From the NCBI GenBank assembly GCA_012295275.1, contig CM022675.1:11284001-11348000 (forward strand): 64,000 nt of DNA. The letters are read 5' to 3'. Under the pieces are notes generated by a model. The model did no database searches, was not told the origin of the DNA, and saw nothing but the letters and a program-made list of their open reading frames with translations. Positions within the stretch are counted from its first letter, which is position 1. Each line of letters begins with the position of its first letter. The DNA comes from Chrysomallon squamiferum (lineage: Eukaryota; Animalia; Mollusca). This document shows positions 44,593 to 59,707 of the stretch, in pieces. A program made the position numbers and the translations under genes.

Positions 44593-45260
44593 GTAATGGT
44601 ATTAATAATAATAATAATAATAATAATAACAATAATAATAATAATAACAACAACAACAACAACAACAACAACAGCAGCAGTAACAATAATAATAATAAAC
44701 AAGTGAGTAAACCATTATAAAACCATTTATATATATATATACACCGATACAGAATACTACCCGATTATGATGAATATTTATTTAAATAAACGTTTAATAA
44801 TATTCAACGCATGGCAGTAAAAGTTAACTTCAAACACATGCTTGCATGCTGAATTAGAAATGATAATCCCAATATACTACAGCAGCGACGGTGTGACTGC
44901 ATCCTGGTGCGTTGGCGAGAAGTCGCCACGCTAACTTTGTCGTTGATGTAGTTTCCCGGTTCAACAGGTGAAATGTTTTCACAAAGAGTTCTAAATGAAA
45001 TATTCGAATCCGCGGTCGAAAGAGTCGATGTTTTAAAGATAAAGTTGTCGTAATTTCGGCGTGTAATCTCTTTCTTATGATTAAAATAAATCAGTTTAAT
45101 TTTTTTTTTTTCTTCAGTTTCTTTGTTTGTTTGTTTGTTTGTTTATTTATTTATTTATTTATTTACAGACTCACTCTTTGTCCCACTCTCTATCTATTGT
45201 TGAATTTATATATATGTTTGTGTGTATTTCTTTCCTTTGAATCTTCGTCTTACTCTCTCC

Positions 45261-45396
<136 letters not shown>

Positions 45397-45488
45397 ATCA
45401 AGATAACAAATCTTTTGAGAGATCTCAACACGTCTTCTTACTACAACTTTCAAATTAACAGGACTCATCACTCCACTTCGTAAAGATA

Positions 45489-45524
<36 letters not shown>

Positions 45525-45876
45525 TTGAAGAAAACAGATCTTAATGACATGACGTGTCAACACATAGTAATCGCAATACCCTTAAAAAGTCGTTAATTAA
45601 TTACGACTGTTTTGCTGGAATTATTTTTAGATGTCTTGATGACGGCAGGAAATTTGGATAAAGACGACATTTCCGCCTGCACATTGTTGGTGTCTTCGGC
45701 TGGAAGTTCATTTGCGTAAATCGTACAATGAACGCAGCGAAGCATCCCGAAGCACGGCAACAGCAAACACGCATTTTCTTATTTACAACCTGTTGTCACG
45801 AAGCGCTCGCCTCGCCTTCAGCGTTACGCATAGTCTTTGTTGTGAAAATGAAGTCTAGTAGTGTCAGTCAAAACTA

Positions 45877-45915
<39 letters not shown>

Positions 45916-47477
45916 TTCTTTGTTTCTCTTCTTTTCTTTCAATTAATATTTGATGATGTTGTCGTTGTAGTGGTGGTGGTGGTGGTGGCGGGGAGATGTT
46001 GATGTTGATGTTGGTGATGTTGATGGTGGTGAGATTCTGGTTGAATGCATGGTTTTTAGTTTTTGTTCTGGTTGTGGTGGAGGTGGTGGTGTTTTGGTTC
46101 TGTGTGTGGTTTGTGATTGTTTTGTTTTGTTATTGTTATTTCTGGTTTTCCTGTGTTGTTGTTTTAATGTAAATAATACAGAAGACGTAATCCAGGTGAC
46201 GAACAAAGCTTCGTTGAAATAAATGTTAATATCGACTGATTTAAAGATTTATAGCGGATACGATCAAACAATGCCTGAACGTGTTGGTGCGTGCATTTGT
46301 TTGTATGTCTCTCTGTGTGTGCGTGCGTGTGTTTCTTTGTGTGCCTATTTGGTACCTTTATTGGAACACGGGCATGATTTATTAAATGTTTACAAAAATC
46401 AAAGATTTGTCAAAAGATAGGTAGTTTGGTACATAAGGACGAAAATGGCATGCATATGTGTTTCTGTGTATGTGAATATAACACTGTGCATGCATGTATG
46501 TATGCATGCATATATATATATATATATGTTTGCATGTATGTATGTATGTATGCATAGGTGTATGTATTTATGTATGTATATATGTATGTATGTATACGTT
46601 TGTATGTATAAATATATGTAGGTGTAACTTTTGTATATATGTGTGTGTGTGTGTGTGTGTGAGCGTGTCAGTAAACATGTACATATGTACTTACATTCAC
46701 ACAGTATTCGTGACATGTTGTGTTTACATTAATCGTTCTACTTGCAGTGCACAGAGAAAACAAGAAAAAGTCGGCACGACCTGACAAAGTAACATGCGAA
46801 ACATGAAAACATCATATCTGACTGCTGATATCTGTGATGTATGGGACACGCAAAAACAGGCTACCCACAGCGATTAATCTGTCAATCAGCGACCGTGAAG
46901 AGACATTTCAGCACGTCTTTGTAATTATTAGCCATTAGTTTGTGTGTAAGTAAATTTATAGTTGCGATCGCGTGAGATTGAAAAATGCTAAGGTTGGAGA
47001 ATGCTGGACTACTCCTGTTAGTTAGTTATTCAAGGTGTCGGTAATTTTTGATTTTTAGCAAACAGGCAGAAGATGCAGGATCCTTTGTTGTAGTTTTTTT
47101 TAAAAAGTAATTTGATAGTTGTTGGCTGTTGTTAGCTATCTGATGGTGTTATACTGATACGAAATCTTTTTTCTGCAACATTTTTGGCTAATGTTAATTA
47201 TTATTTTATTTTGTTATTATTGTTGTTGTTATTATCATCATCATCATCCTCATAATCATTATTATCATTATTATTATTATTATAATTTTAACATAATGAA
47301 TCCATATATTGCAAACTATAACACCAGTTTGTTTCTAAGTTTCGACATATATTTTTATTTAATCCCATCTGTTCTCAAATATTCATAATTTTCACGAAAC
47401 AACACGACTTCTTTTTGTAGATTCTCATACATTTTTAAGGATTGCCTTTCATACTACACACACACATATATATATGC

Positions 47478-47560
47478 TTATTTTAATAATATTTCACCAC
47501 TTTAGCGCAATACGATACATTATAATTAAATGATAGTATCATTAAATCATACTTGCAAAC

Positions 47561-47563
<3 letters not shown>
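47478..47563 (+). repeat. Dispersed 86-bp repeat copy (paralogue at 50988-51073)
   Basis: Ungapped alignment at offset 3510, 75/86 identical by hand count. Confidence 0.9.
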
Positions 47564-47611
<48 letters not shown>

Positions 47612-47629
47612 CATAACCAATCTCATGTA

Positions 47630-48010
47630 TATCATAACGCAACACGGGCAGCCTGGAAAGCACGCTGTAATCAAATATCAAGTTCACATTTCTCTGTCTA
47701 CGCGTCGCCGCCTGTCGACATTTCACGTGGAAGCTAAACATCACTTACTTGACGCGCAGGGCAACTATTGGGCAAGACGAGGCGTAATGATGACGTCAGT
47801 TTTTGTGTCTACAGCAACGTCGTCGGTGGAGTTCAAAGCGCTGTAAGGCGAGGTCGTGCGAGATGAGGAAAACCACAGTGACGTGGTAATGGACGTGTTA
47901 TTAAATCTGCCAGACAAACAACAAACGTCGTACCAGTCAGGAATGGAGTTACTGCCACGTAATTGATGGTGCCAGAATCATCACGTGGACCTCGACCGTA
48001 ACTGGTTAAT
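47630..48010. promoter_or_regulatory. ACGT-core-rich candidate enhancer
   Basis: CACGTG 47724 and 47982, TGACGTCA 47791-47798, TGACGTGG ~47879, Runx AACCACA ~47871, TTCAAAG ~47832. Confidence 0.5.
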
Positions 48011-48098
48011 AATTATTTAGTCTGCATTTCCTTGAGTCTGTCTCTTAATTATCTCTCCCTCCCTCTGTCTTTCTTTTGTCTATCTCTGTCTGTCTGTC

Positions 48099-48153
<55 letters not shown>

Positions 48154-48178
48154 CCTCCCTCCCTCCCTCCCTCTCTTT

Positions 48179-48271
<93 letters not shown>

Positions 48272-48789
48272 ATCTATCTATCTATCTCTATCTATCTATC
48301 TATCTATCTATCTTTGTATTCACGTAGACATAATTATGCATATCCATTTACACATACATACGTGTATATTCACACACGCACACACACACACACAAACACT
48401 TATAATTGTTAGAACATAATTATACACACACCATTTAACATTTAAAAAAAAAAAAGGATGTATAAATGACATGTATTGAGGCGCACACGACGAACCCTAA
48501 CAAACAAATACGACAACAATAGAAACAAATTTCTCTCATTTCTCATCCGTGGAACAACACTCACACACAAAAAAAAAAAAACCCAGCGGTTACAGAAAAA
48601 AAAACCCACGTGAAAACAAGATTAATTCTATTCGTGTTAATTCCTTATCAATCAGCGATACCGATCAGCAGAGAGGTACAACATGTCCACCACTTTATTT
48701 TTTTTTTTTTTTTTTTCTCTCTCTTTCTCTCTCTCACTCTCTTTCTGTTTTATCATCATGACACCGGCTTTACATTCTTACTGATTTAA

Positions 48790-49200
48790 CACCCTTTATA
48801 CACGGACCTTTGAATCCGCTAGGGACCCAGGGGCAGTTAACTCGCCTTTTAATTGAGGCATCCTCGACAACACAATGGTCAGTCGTTTATTGGAAACGAG
48901 ACTTTCTATAGTCTCGATTTTATGGTGGCCTTTTCGAGACAAATGGGATTCTTGTTTTCCGGTTCGCACAAAGCCGGTAAGGCACGTTTCTGGCTGTTTT
49001 CCCCACCCCATAGAATCGAGTATTGCTTGAAAGACATCTGGGTCCATGTCGTATAGCAATCGATTTCATTATCTGGCAATTGAATTCGCTGATGCTTAGT
49101 TAAACAAATGAGTGGCAATATCGTTATATAGCTAAAACGAAGACTGGTGGGAGGGATTTCGCCGCTTTGATCCTCTCAAATTGTTTTTCTGCTACGTTGA
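48790..49200. promoter_or_regulatory. Candidate enhancer island with TCF sites at both ends
   Basis: CCTTTGAATC 48807 and GCCGCTTTGATC 49161-49172; Sox-type ACAATGG ~48872. Confidence 0.4.
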
Positions 49201-49346
49201 TTCATAACACTTCGGGTTTTGTATATGACTAAAGATCAAATAAACAAATTTCTATCCAATATATTCTTTCGTTTCGTTCATATTTGACTTTTTTTTATTA
49301 TTTAATTTAATCTCTGCCTCTCTGTCTCTCTCTCTCTCTCTGTCTG

Positions 49347-49455
<109 letters not shown>

Positions 49456-50344
49456 TTCTCTCTCTTGTTTTTTTCAAAATTCTATTTGTTATCTTCCTTC
49501 TACTTAACATTATTATATAATTTTTTTCTTCAGATTTTTTCATCTTTCTTTTATTATTTTTTTCTTTAATATTCTTAGTTTTTCACCAATTTTCTTCTTC
49601 TTCTTCTTTTTCTTCTTCTTCATGAACATGTATCTGCTACTGACTGGAAATTTTCCATTTCAATAATTTTTTTCGTCTAACAGTCTTTCTACCCACGGGA
49701 CCTGGCTGGAGTTGTTGGTACATTTTTTATTTCATTTTCCGTTGTCTTCTTTATTTGATCTAAGAAATTAAATTTAGATTAAATCCAATATAATTTTTTT
49801 TTATGAGAAGACAGTAACGCCTAAATGGGAAAACATTAAAACAATGGTTTTTGTTTAGTTACCAATGGAAATATAATTTGGTTGATTCAAACAATGTACG
49901 AAATAATAGTAATAATAAAAATGATGATGATGATGATGATAACAATAATAAATATAATAATAATAGTAATAATAAGGGCACTGGTAGTATCAATGTTAAA
50001 AGTAATCCTAATATTACAACATGAAAGATAAAACATTTTAAGAAATAATTAAAAATGGAATATTTTAAAAATAATAAATAAATAAAATAAATAAATAAAT
50101 AAAATAATACAAATAATAATATAAAAACGTTACGTCATATTTATCTAAGAAATTAACCGTAGCTGAAATATATTTATATATTTCAGGCATATTACGAAAA
50201 TCGCAACACCTTTTTTCGTCATTATTCTTTAACCTCGTCCTAGTTTTTCTTCTTAAAAATCCACACCCTTGAATATGTTTATTTTTCACAAATACGTTGT
50301 AAAAGAACAGCAGCAGAGATTGTCTGTCAAAGTATTTATCTTTA

Positions 50345-51130
50345 TATTTATTGTACCAATTTATCAATTTATCCAGGGCTATTAATATGATAATATTTTA
50401 TCAATTTATCGTAATAATGATACGCCCATCTACAATACCAATCGTTGCAGTATTGTAGCAGTTATTATAACAATAACATAGTAGGATGCAGTTTACAACA
50501 GGATTAAAACATTCTCATTTACACAGATTTCTAACAGCGCGTTATATCATAATATATTATTAACGTGCCATAATACCAGATAACGATCAGCAAAAATAAC
50601 GGAATGTAATTAAATTATAATATAAATATCAAACCGCCATTACATCTCAATATTATATAAAGTTGTCATTTTAATATTACGTCAAGTTATCATCTTCAAA
50701 TTACATCGATTTGTCTTGTTGTCTTATTCAATATCATACCAACTTGACATCATAAATACTATACCAGTTTATCATCATAATATTATAGCAACTTATAAAC
50801 TTAATGTTAATGCCAGTTTATCTTTTTGATTTTGATATTATCATCTTAACAGTTTATAATGAAAAAAGAGGATTTCAGCTTTTCTTCTCAGTATTTTACC
50901 AGTTGGTATAATACAATATCAAAACAGTGAGTAAGACAGTTAATGTTTTAATATCATACCATCTTATCATCATAATATTGCACCACGTTATTTTAATAAT
51001 ATTTTACCAGTTTAGCGCAATACGATGCAGTATAGTTAAATTATATTATCATTAAATCATACCCACAACCTTCATTATTATATACACGGCTCATCAAATG
51101 CTGTAGCAGCCCACCAAATATCATCATATT
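50345..51130. repeat. Degenerate ~24-bp minisatellite (consensus approximately ATATTATACCAGTTTATCATCATA)
   Basis: Clear units at 50731, 50756, 50780, 50804 and at 50951, 50975, 50999; the outer boundaries are approximate. Confidence 0.7.
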
Positions 51131-51235
51131 ATCGTCACAAGATAGTTCGGGACATTTAACACGACAGCACATTACACTGCAATATCTGTTGCTGAAGCGA
51201 CAGCACGGAATTCAGCTGGTGTTATCGTCATAGCA

Positions 51236-51293
<58 letters not shown>

Positions 51294-51294
51294 C

Positions 51295-51570
51295 ACAAGC
51301 GGCCAATGTATTTTCGCCAGCAGAGCGTTACCGGAAGCGGAAACCGCAATATGAAAAGTTGGCTTGCGCATGGTAACAAATGGCGACAGGCGAATGGCCC
51401 GAGTCAAATTGTTTGTTTCCACGCAGGAGATCAAAGGAAGACGCGGACAGTTTGATGGGCCGAGATTTCAGTGGAGTGGAAACATGCCAACGACTGCGAC
51501 AAAATACGTCGTACAAATAACCACGCACGTCGCCTAAATGAAATATTTGTCTCATACTGTTGGCGAGAGA
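51295..51570. promoter_or_regulatory. Promoter-like CpG-rich island
   Basis: CCAAT 51303, tandem ETS CCGGAAGCGGAAA 51331-51343, TGCGCATG 51365, RFX half-site CATGGTAAC 51369, YY1-type AAATGGCG 51378, AGATCAAAGG 51428. Confidence 0.5.
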
Positions 51571-51629
51571 TTTGAGTTTTCTTTTCTTTTCTTTCTTTCT
51601 TCTCCTTCTTCTTATTATTATTCTATCTT

Positions 51630-51665
<36 letters not shown>

Positions 51666-52557
51666 CTTCACGATGCCGAAATGAAAAAATATAAATAATA
51701 ATAAAAAAGAAATTTTTATTATTATTTATACTTTTTTTTTTTTTTTAAGTTGTTTATTAAAATGTTCCCTATGGTGAAGGCAGTAATTAAAATCATAAAT
51801 AATTGTGTGTCTGTGGTTATTTTATTTGGATTTTTTTTTTTTCAATTTCGTTTTTTTAATTTTTCTTTATTTAATTTTTTTTTTCTTTCGACTTCTTCTT
51901 CTTCTTTAAAAAAAAAAAAAACGAAAATAATAATGTCACCCATTGTCTGACACACATTAACACATGTTTAAGTTAGGTGTGTATGCACAATAAATGAAAT
52001 TTATTCCTCGAGTACATCTGTCTTTTGAATAAAGACTAACAAAGTTTAAGTAATAATATATCAACAAAGACAAAGAAGCGAAGGAAATATTTATTTATTT
52101 ATTTATTTATTCAAACTTTGATTCTTTTGTTTAATTGTTAGTTCTTTTGTTTCTGTCGCATGCTTATTTTTTACTTCTTTCTTTCTTTTCTATATATATT
52201 TGAATTTTTGTTACTTAATTATTCGTTCATTCATTATTCATTTATTCACTCTTTATTCATTTGTTCATTTTGTTTTACTTTTTTAATGCATGATCAAGTG
52301 CCTATGAGTGTCATTTTTTCTTTCTGGCACATAAAAATATCAACCTGTGCAACTGTAGAGATTGAACCAAGGACAAAACATCCAATAATTCAATAGGCCT
52401 ATCAGATTACATTAGTTGAAAATCTAAACTGTTATTTGAAAAACAAACTAAGGAAGGACGTTATGGCAAGAACGTGAACAAATTTTAACTAACATGTCTG
52501 TCAAACTGATGTAATAATATTTATACAAGTGTTGTAAAAGTAAGAATTATATAAAAA

Positions 52558-52612
52558 ATAATAATAATAAATAAATAAACAAATAAACTAAAAATAAATG
52601 AATAAATGAACA

Positions 52613-52674
<62 letters not shown>

Positions 52675-52865
52675 CAATAATAATAATAATAATAATAATA
52701 ACAACAACAATAATAATAATAATAATAACAATTATAATAACAATAACAATAATAATAATAATAACAACAACAACAACAATAACAATAATAACAATAATAG
52801 CAACAACAATAATAATAATAATAATAACGATAATAATAAAAAAACAAACAAATAAATAACATTAA
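52558..52865. repeat. Compound (AAT/AAC/AAAT)n array
   Basis: Directly visible. Confidence 0.93.
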
Positions 52866-53009
52866 ACAATGGCAGAAAACGGATAAAAAAACAACAAAAA
52901 AAACAAAACAAATTACTGATTAGAAAAAAACAGTATTGCCAGCTGTTTCATGTAGAGCATGTTACAACAGAACTCTACGCACACACACACACACGCACAC
53001 ACGCATCTC

Positions 53010-53270
53010 TACCCGGCGTCTTGTCAAACGTCAGGACAGCTTACTTAAAGACACGTGACCCACCCACCCCTCGGGGAGCCGAGAGGGCGGGGAAGGATGC
53101 TTTAACGTATAATGACCACCCCCCTCCCCCCTACCGTGACGATCAATACAGCTCGACTGGTAGCCGTTCGGCTAGACTGAGCACTCCATATGTGAGGTAC
53201 GCGCGTGCGCGGAAGCAGGACGACAAAAGAATTACCTAAAGGGAGACAAATGTATTGATTCTCAAAAGAG
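53010..53270. promoter_or_regulatory. GC-rich promoter/enhancer-like island
   Basis: CACGTGAC 53052, GC box GGGCGGGG ~53085, Gli-like GACCACCC ~53114, CATATG ~53187, CGGAAG ~53210. Confidence 0.45.
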
Positions 53271-53970
53271 AACAGTCGATATTTTTTTTAATTTTTTTTT
53301 TTATTTTTTTTTTTTTTTTTTTTTTTATTTATTTATTTATTTTTTTTTTGTTGATTTAGTGAATGCGTCAAAGTGAATTCGGCATCCCTCGACAAAATAA
53401 AAATAAATAAATAAATAAATAAAAATAAAGAAGAGACAAAAAAAAAAAGACTTTATATTGCAAGGGTGTTGACGCCGCATGGGATCGGCGGTTTCTGAAT
53501 GATATTTAAACGACTTCGTAGCTGATGTCGTTATTGTTGAAACGACGGAGCTGCATGAATGTGTCGCTTTGTGTGGTGATGGACAATGTGGATGCTGTTT
53601 GTGATACGAGTGAGTCAAAATAACGATAATAACACTAATAACAACAACAACAACAACAATAAATATTAATAATAATTAAAACATCGAAAATAAAATAAAA
53701 TAAAACAAAACAAAACAAAATAAAATAAAATAAAAAATGCAATAGGAAAATTTAAATTTAAATTAAATGGAAGTATATTTTATCCTTTTTTTTAACATTT
53801 ATAGGTACCTCATATTAAAATTCGAGTATTCATGATCTCAGCGAACTTATAGAAGCACGAATATTGTTATCTAAATAATGAAATGAAATCATAAAATAGA
53901 TTGTTAATCAGATAGACAGATAGATAGATAGATAGAAAATAGATAGACTGATTGATTGATATATAGATGG

Positions 53971-54002
<32 letters not shown>

Positions 54003-54219
54003 GGATAGATAGATAAATAAATATATGTATATATAAACGACAAGAAAATTAAATAAATGAAATGATTAAGCTTTGAAATATGCAGCCTTGTCACACATTA
54101 TTTTGAAAGCAATAATTATATTACGAAATAATTTTAAATCTTAATAAAGGAAGGACAACATCAAGATATGAAAAATAAATATAATCCAAAACAGTAGCAT
54201 CATCATCAGCAGTAGCAGC

Positions 54220-54281
<62 letters not shown>

Positions 54282-54303
54282 CAATAGTAGTAGAATTAAT
54301 TTT

Positions 54304-54352
<49 letters not shown>

Positions 54353-55041
54353 GGATGAATAAAAAATATGTGTACTGTTATTGTTATTATTATTATTTTT
54401 TTTTTTCTAAGGGATTGTTTCAACTGAAGGGCGTATATTCATCGAAAAACGTAGCAAAAATCACAGATTTTTATTTCCATTCTTTCGACGCGCAGATTTC
54501 AATTATTTCAACAGCTAAAACAAGCAAAACAATATTTTAATTTTATGGCACGAAAAACAAACCATAAAATTGTAATAAAGTAAAAAAAAAAAAAAAAGAA
54601 AGAAAGAAAGAAAGAAAATTAATCAAGTAAATATTTTTAGACTTTTAAAATAAACGAGTCTCAGATGACACTGAGTGTTATTTTGGTATTCCGCTCCGCA
54701 GCCTACAACTGCTGGGGAAAATAAGCAAGCGTCGTAAACCAGTCAAAAATATGTCACGTTGACGGAAACGGAGAAATAAGTTAACAAAAGTCCTGACAGT
54801 CTTCGTGTTACGTCACAGCATTTGTCTGCATACCTCGCCATGATTAAAGGAATACTTTCTCTCTCTCTCGCTCTGTCTATCTATCCATCTATCTATCTAT
54901 CTATCTATCTATCTGTCTGTCTATCTAAGTATCCATCTATTTATCTCTATTTATCCTTCTATCTATTCTTTTCTTTCTCTCTTTGTCTGTCTGTGTGTAT
55001 GTCTGTCTGTTTTTCATCTTTCTGTGTGTGTGTCTCTCTCT

Positions 55042-55128
<87 letters not shown>

Positions 55129-55998
55129 CATTAATTCAATACGTAGAACTGTTAAACAGAATAAAATAGCTATAACAATTGTTTGTATTTAACTGTAGGA
55201 AACCCATGCATTATAAACTGGTACCAAACGCATGTTGCTGTTTCTCATTAATAAATATAATGATGTTTTAACTAACGAAACTGTAAAAGAATAATGCAGT
55301 TTAGACAATGATTCTTATAAATATAATCGCCTACGCAGTATGCAACCACCTTGTGTCAAAACAGGGCACAAACACAACTCTTAAATGAATAGCCAAGGAC
55401 TGCTATGCAAATTGAATTTAAATTTTAAATATACATTATCATTTAATATAAAAACGAATACTGAAATATTTAATAATTTTAAAAAAAAAGGTAACTGTGA
55501 CGTAATATCTGGATATCGTCATTATCATAAATCGTCACACAAGACGATGTACATTCACATACGTCACAACCGGAGTTGTTAAATAACATCTTTTTTATTG
55601 CAGCAAGTTTATACGTATTTTTACTGTCTTTTTAATGACTTTTATATTTATACTTTATTTTATTATTATTATTTTTCTTTTGTGCTAATGCTCTTATTAC
55701 GTTCATGCAGTATTACGTTATGATCTCATTCTTTCGTACTGGGCCTTGATGAAAAATTCTGCGAAATAGTCACACTATATCAAGTGATTTTTTTTTAAAT
55801 TTTTAATCTAAAATTACACATTTTCTGTTCAGCAAACGTTTCGTATGTCTCGGTGTACTAAATATAAATCTTTCTGACACATTCTGAATTACTTTTCCTG
55901 TCAAGGTATAAAACAAATCATGATGACATGAGTGAAATACGAAACTGTGTAGACGCGAGAAATAAATGTGGTGATAATAATAATAATAAATAATAATA

Positions 55999-56042
<44 letters not shown>

Positions 56043-56392
56043 TAGTAATAGCAATAATAATAATGACAATAACAACACTAATAACTTAAATAATATTAAT
56101 AATAACAAAAACAACAAAAGCAATAGAAGTAATAATAGCTTTACTGATTTTTTATTAATTTTCTATAATATATCTAAACTTTGAAGGATCAGTAGTTCTG
56201 CCTTGTGTCCAGCAGTTTGCGGATGCCAGTCTTTCTCATCTCTTTTAGTTACATTGTAAAATATACGATTCTAAATACACAGATTCTACGACAAGAATTT
56301 TTCCTAGGATTTGTTTTTTGTTGAGACCGCAATGGTCAGTAAATATTATTACTATTGTTGTTCTTCTTCTTCTTGCATTTCTTATTATTTCT

Positions 56393-56423
<31 letters not shown>

Positions 56424-56695
56424 TTATTATTATTATTATTATTATTACCTTACTTTGCTTGTGACGTCACTGGTTGCTAATGGATCTAGGACAAGAAAAA
56501 CATGGCGGCATCCATATGTCTGTGCGAGCTTGTGTTAGTTTGTTATATGCAAATGTCTCTTTTACGTAATAATGTACAAATGATGTTTGCAAAGAGTGTT
56601 AAGTTCTATCCAACAAAAAGATATTCCTTAACAAAATAATCATGTAACATACTTCTTTGTTTGTTCTTTTTGTTTGTGTCTTTTTTTTTTTTGTT

Positions 56696-56731
<36 letters not shown>

Positions 56732-57272
56732 CGTTTTATTTATTTATTTATTTATTTATTTTCATATATTTGTTGTTTTAGTTCAACATAGGCAAGGTTG
56801 ATGTTTGTTTTATATATATATATGTATGCGTATATGTATATATTAGTTTGCTTTAAAGAAACCTTAAGTTTTACCGGTCTGTCTTAGAATTACTCCATCG
56901 TTCATCAAAAACCCGCTGTAAAAATATTATACCACTAATCAGTTTGATTACTTTCTTATTGTTTTAATATATTTATCCCACACTGTATGAATCTGATAAT
57001 TTCATCACAGAAGCAATATATTCATTTCAGTGACTCAGGTTTCCATGGTTTATGATTGTTTCTATTATCTAAGTATGACAGGCCAGAAACAAATAATAAT
57101 TAGAGGTTATTTATGCAGTTATTTTTACAACTTATTATTGAAATCTGATTTTTAATATCATATTCATTTATAAAAGCACATTAAAGAAGATGGTATTTAA
57201 GTTTAATAAACTTGAAAAAGGAAGGCAATTTTAGTTTTTTTACATTTTTTTTTTTTTAGCGTATGTGTATAT

Positions 57273-57327
<55 letters not shown>

Positions 57328-57349
57328 AGAAGAAGAGAGAGAGAGAGAA

Positions 57350-57420
<71 letters not shown>

Positions 57421-57655
57421 AATACAGAGAGCATACCTGCATTTGGTCTTTCTTTTCAGAAACAACCTGTGCACGTTACTATAAACTGTTGTATCGTAAA
57501 ATGTTGATGATGTGTGTGACAGCTGCACCAACTTGAAACCAAAACATTTGTTTCGTGAGAAAATTATTTATTTCAATATAGATTTGAAAAGAACATAGCA
57601 CTTGCTTATTATTATTACTATTTTATTTTGCTTTATGTTATTTATGTTATTTATT

Positions 57656-57724
<69 letters not shown>

Positions 57725-58128
57725 GTGGTTGTTGTTGCTGTTAATATATTTAAATGTATTTATTTTATTGTTTCGCTACTTACTTATTTATTTACTTATC
57801 TATTTATTTATTGCTAACGTGATCATCACTTTCTTTAACATCATCATCATCATCATTATTATTAATTAGAAAATCAAAGAATATTAAATTTCTTCTTTTT
57901 TCTTTTTTTTTCTTTTTTTTTAGGTCCGTTCGAAATTTTTATTTTTGTTTTTATAAACCTTATAGTGTTAATCGATTTGTATTAATGTGCAAAAATCGAT
58001 GACGTCAAATGATTATTGACGACGTCATAAAAGATGATGGATAAGGACGTTTCATTTACACAAACCTTGACACTTTGATTTTTAAAAAATAATAATAATA
58101 ATAATAATAACAATAATAATAATAATAA

Positions 58129-58159
<31 letters not shown>

Positions 58160-58434
58160 AAGAAGAATAAATAAATAAATAAATAAATAAAGTACTATAC
58201 CATAACCACCATTACTAGAACAACAACAACAACAACACAAACAACAACTACTACTACTACTACCACTACTGCTACCACTACTATTATTACTATTTGCTGG
58301 TACTGCTCTGCTTCAGCTACTACTACAACTACCACCACCTCAATGACTACAACTACAATTATTATTATTATTAGGACCTCTAATAACGCTTTTGTTATTA
58401 CTATACATTATTACTAACATCATCAAAAACTTCA

Positions 58435-58680
58435 TATATTACATAAGCATTAGTATTACTTTTCACCTGCAACGCACATAATTTGTGTGGTCTTGCAAAT
58501 ACTATTTAGTCATGTTACCGCAGGTATAAATAATAAAAACCATCATAATTAACCATTATTATAATGATCGTCATCATCATCATCATCATCATCATCATTT
58601 TATTTTATTATATTTTTATTACATAACCACACGCATTACTTTTCACGTGCTCTACGCACAGTTTTGCGCAGTGTTGCGAC
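58435..58680. repeat. Diverged local duplication, offset 180 bp
   Basis: TATTACATAA...ATTACTTTTCAC[C/G]TGC...ACGCACA at ~58437-58498 and ~58617-58678. Confidence 0.75.
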
Positions 58681-58689
58681 ACACAAGAC

Positions 58690-59420
58690 AAGGTAAGGAG
58701 AAACACGCTGATCTGTCGAACTCGACTTATTCACTCAGGTAAAAACGGGGACACCTGTTTCGCTGCCGTATTTGTTTTGCTCTATCGATGTATTTACCTG
58801 TCAAAATTAGTTTACAGGTGTCTGTCGCCGCTCAGATGAATGAAACGGCCACGCGGTCGACAACGATTGTGTAGTTTCTCTATTCACCTCTTTTATATCG
58901 GAAGTCGCACGTGCATTGCCGAGGCGCTGGCTCGCCAACAAAATCCATAACCGCATCTGACTTTCGTCTATTGGATAGAACGGGTTCGCGCGTTTGTGTT
59001 GCCAATAGGGCAATCGATAATTTTTTTGAATACAAACTATTTCAATGGTAGCCAGCAAGCCAGCCAGCAAGAAAATATGGAATGCAAGCTGTCGTGTTTT
59101 TACTCGAACCATGGAGTTGAAGATTGTTCAAAAGGACTGGGAATTGATTCAGCAAAAAGGGGGAGAAAAAGAGTTCGATAACTTTTGAGAACATCGGTTG
59201 AGTTGAAATTGTTCTCTGTGTCAGTGTGCCGACGTGCCAGACAACGTTGTCAACGTCTCGATAAAATTTAATAGATTTTTTTTCTCTCTTTCTCTCTCTC
59301 TCTCTCTGTCGATTGTTCGTTTTCAAAGGTGTTTTCATTGTACCGTTGCGATAGCGTTTATGTAACAGTTTATGCAACGGTTTGCTTAAACGTGACAATC
59401 CGTGACAGTGTTAATTCGCA
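58690..59420. promoter_or_regulatory. Long (~700 bp) unique island, candidate enhancer
   Basis: Four CAGGT(A/G) sites in 58736-58820, ETS CGGAAGT ~58899 next to GCACGTGC 58907, TTCAAAGG ~59322, 12-bp palindrome GACAACGTTGTC 59240-59251. Confidence 0.45.
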
Positions 59421-59574
59421 TACGAAATAATTTTACATTTCAAATTAGTTATGGGTAAATAAAATGTTATTATGCTTATAAATTCTCGTGAAATAATTAA
59501 ACCCGTGTTTCTGTCTCTGTTTTACAAAATATTTCCTCTTTCTAACCGTCTCTCTCTTTTTCTCTCTCTCTTCC

Positions 59575-59605
<31 letters not shown>

Positions 59606-59657
59606 CTCTTTCTCTCTGTCTGATTGTCTGTCTGTTTGCCTCTATCTCGCCCTTATC

Positions 59658-59707
<50 letters not shown>

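Noticed and set aside
48978-49045. Seed-length matches to miR-124 (TAAGGCACG), miR-137 (TATTGCTTGA) and miR-71 (TGAAAGACAT); similar partial hits to miR-8 at ~13261, miR-92 at ~38946 and miR-1 at ~40470
   Set aside because: Matches stop after about 8-11 nt and no precursor hairpins form.
53499-53594. Cys-rich peptide NDFVADVVIVETTELHECVALCGDGQCGCCL*
   Set aside because: An in-frame stop lies just upstream, there is no acceptor or ATG, and no known cysteine framework matches.
59111-59188. MELKIVQKDWELIQQKGG, reminiscent of a globin A helix, with ACCATGG context
   Set aside because: It stops after 25 codons with no splice donor and no downstream globin exons.
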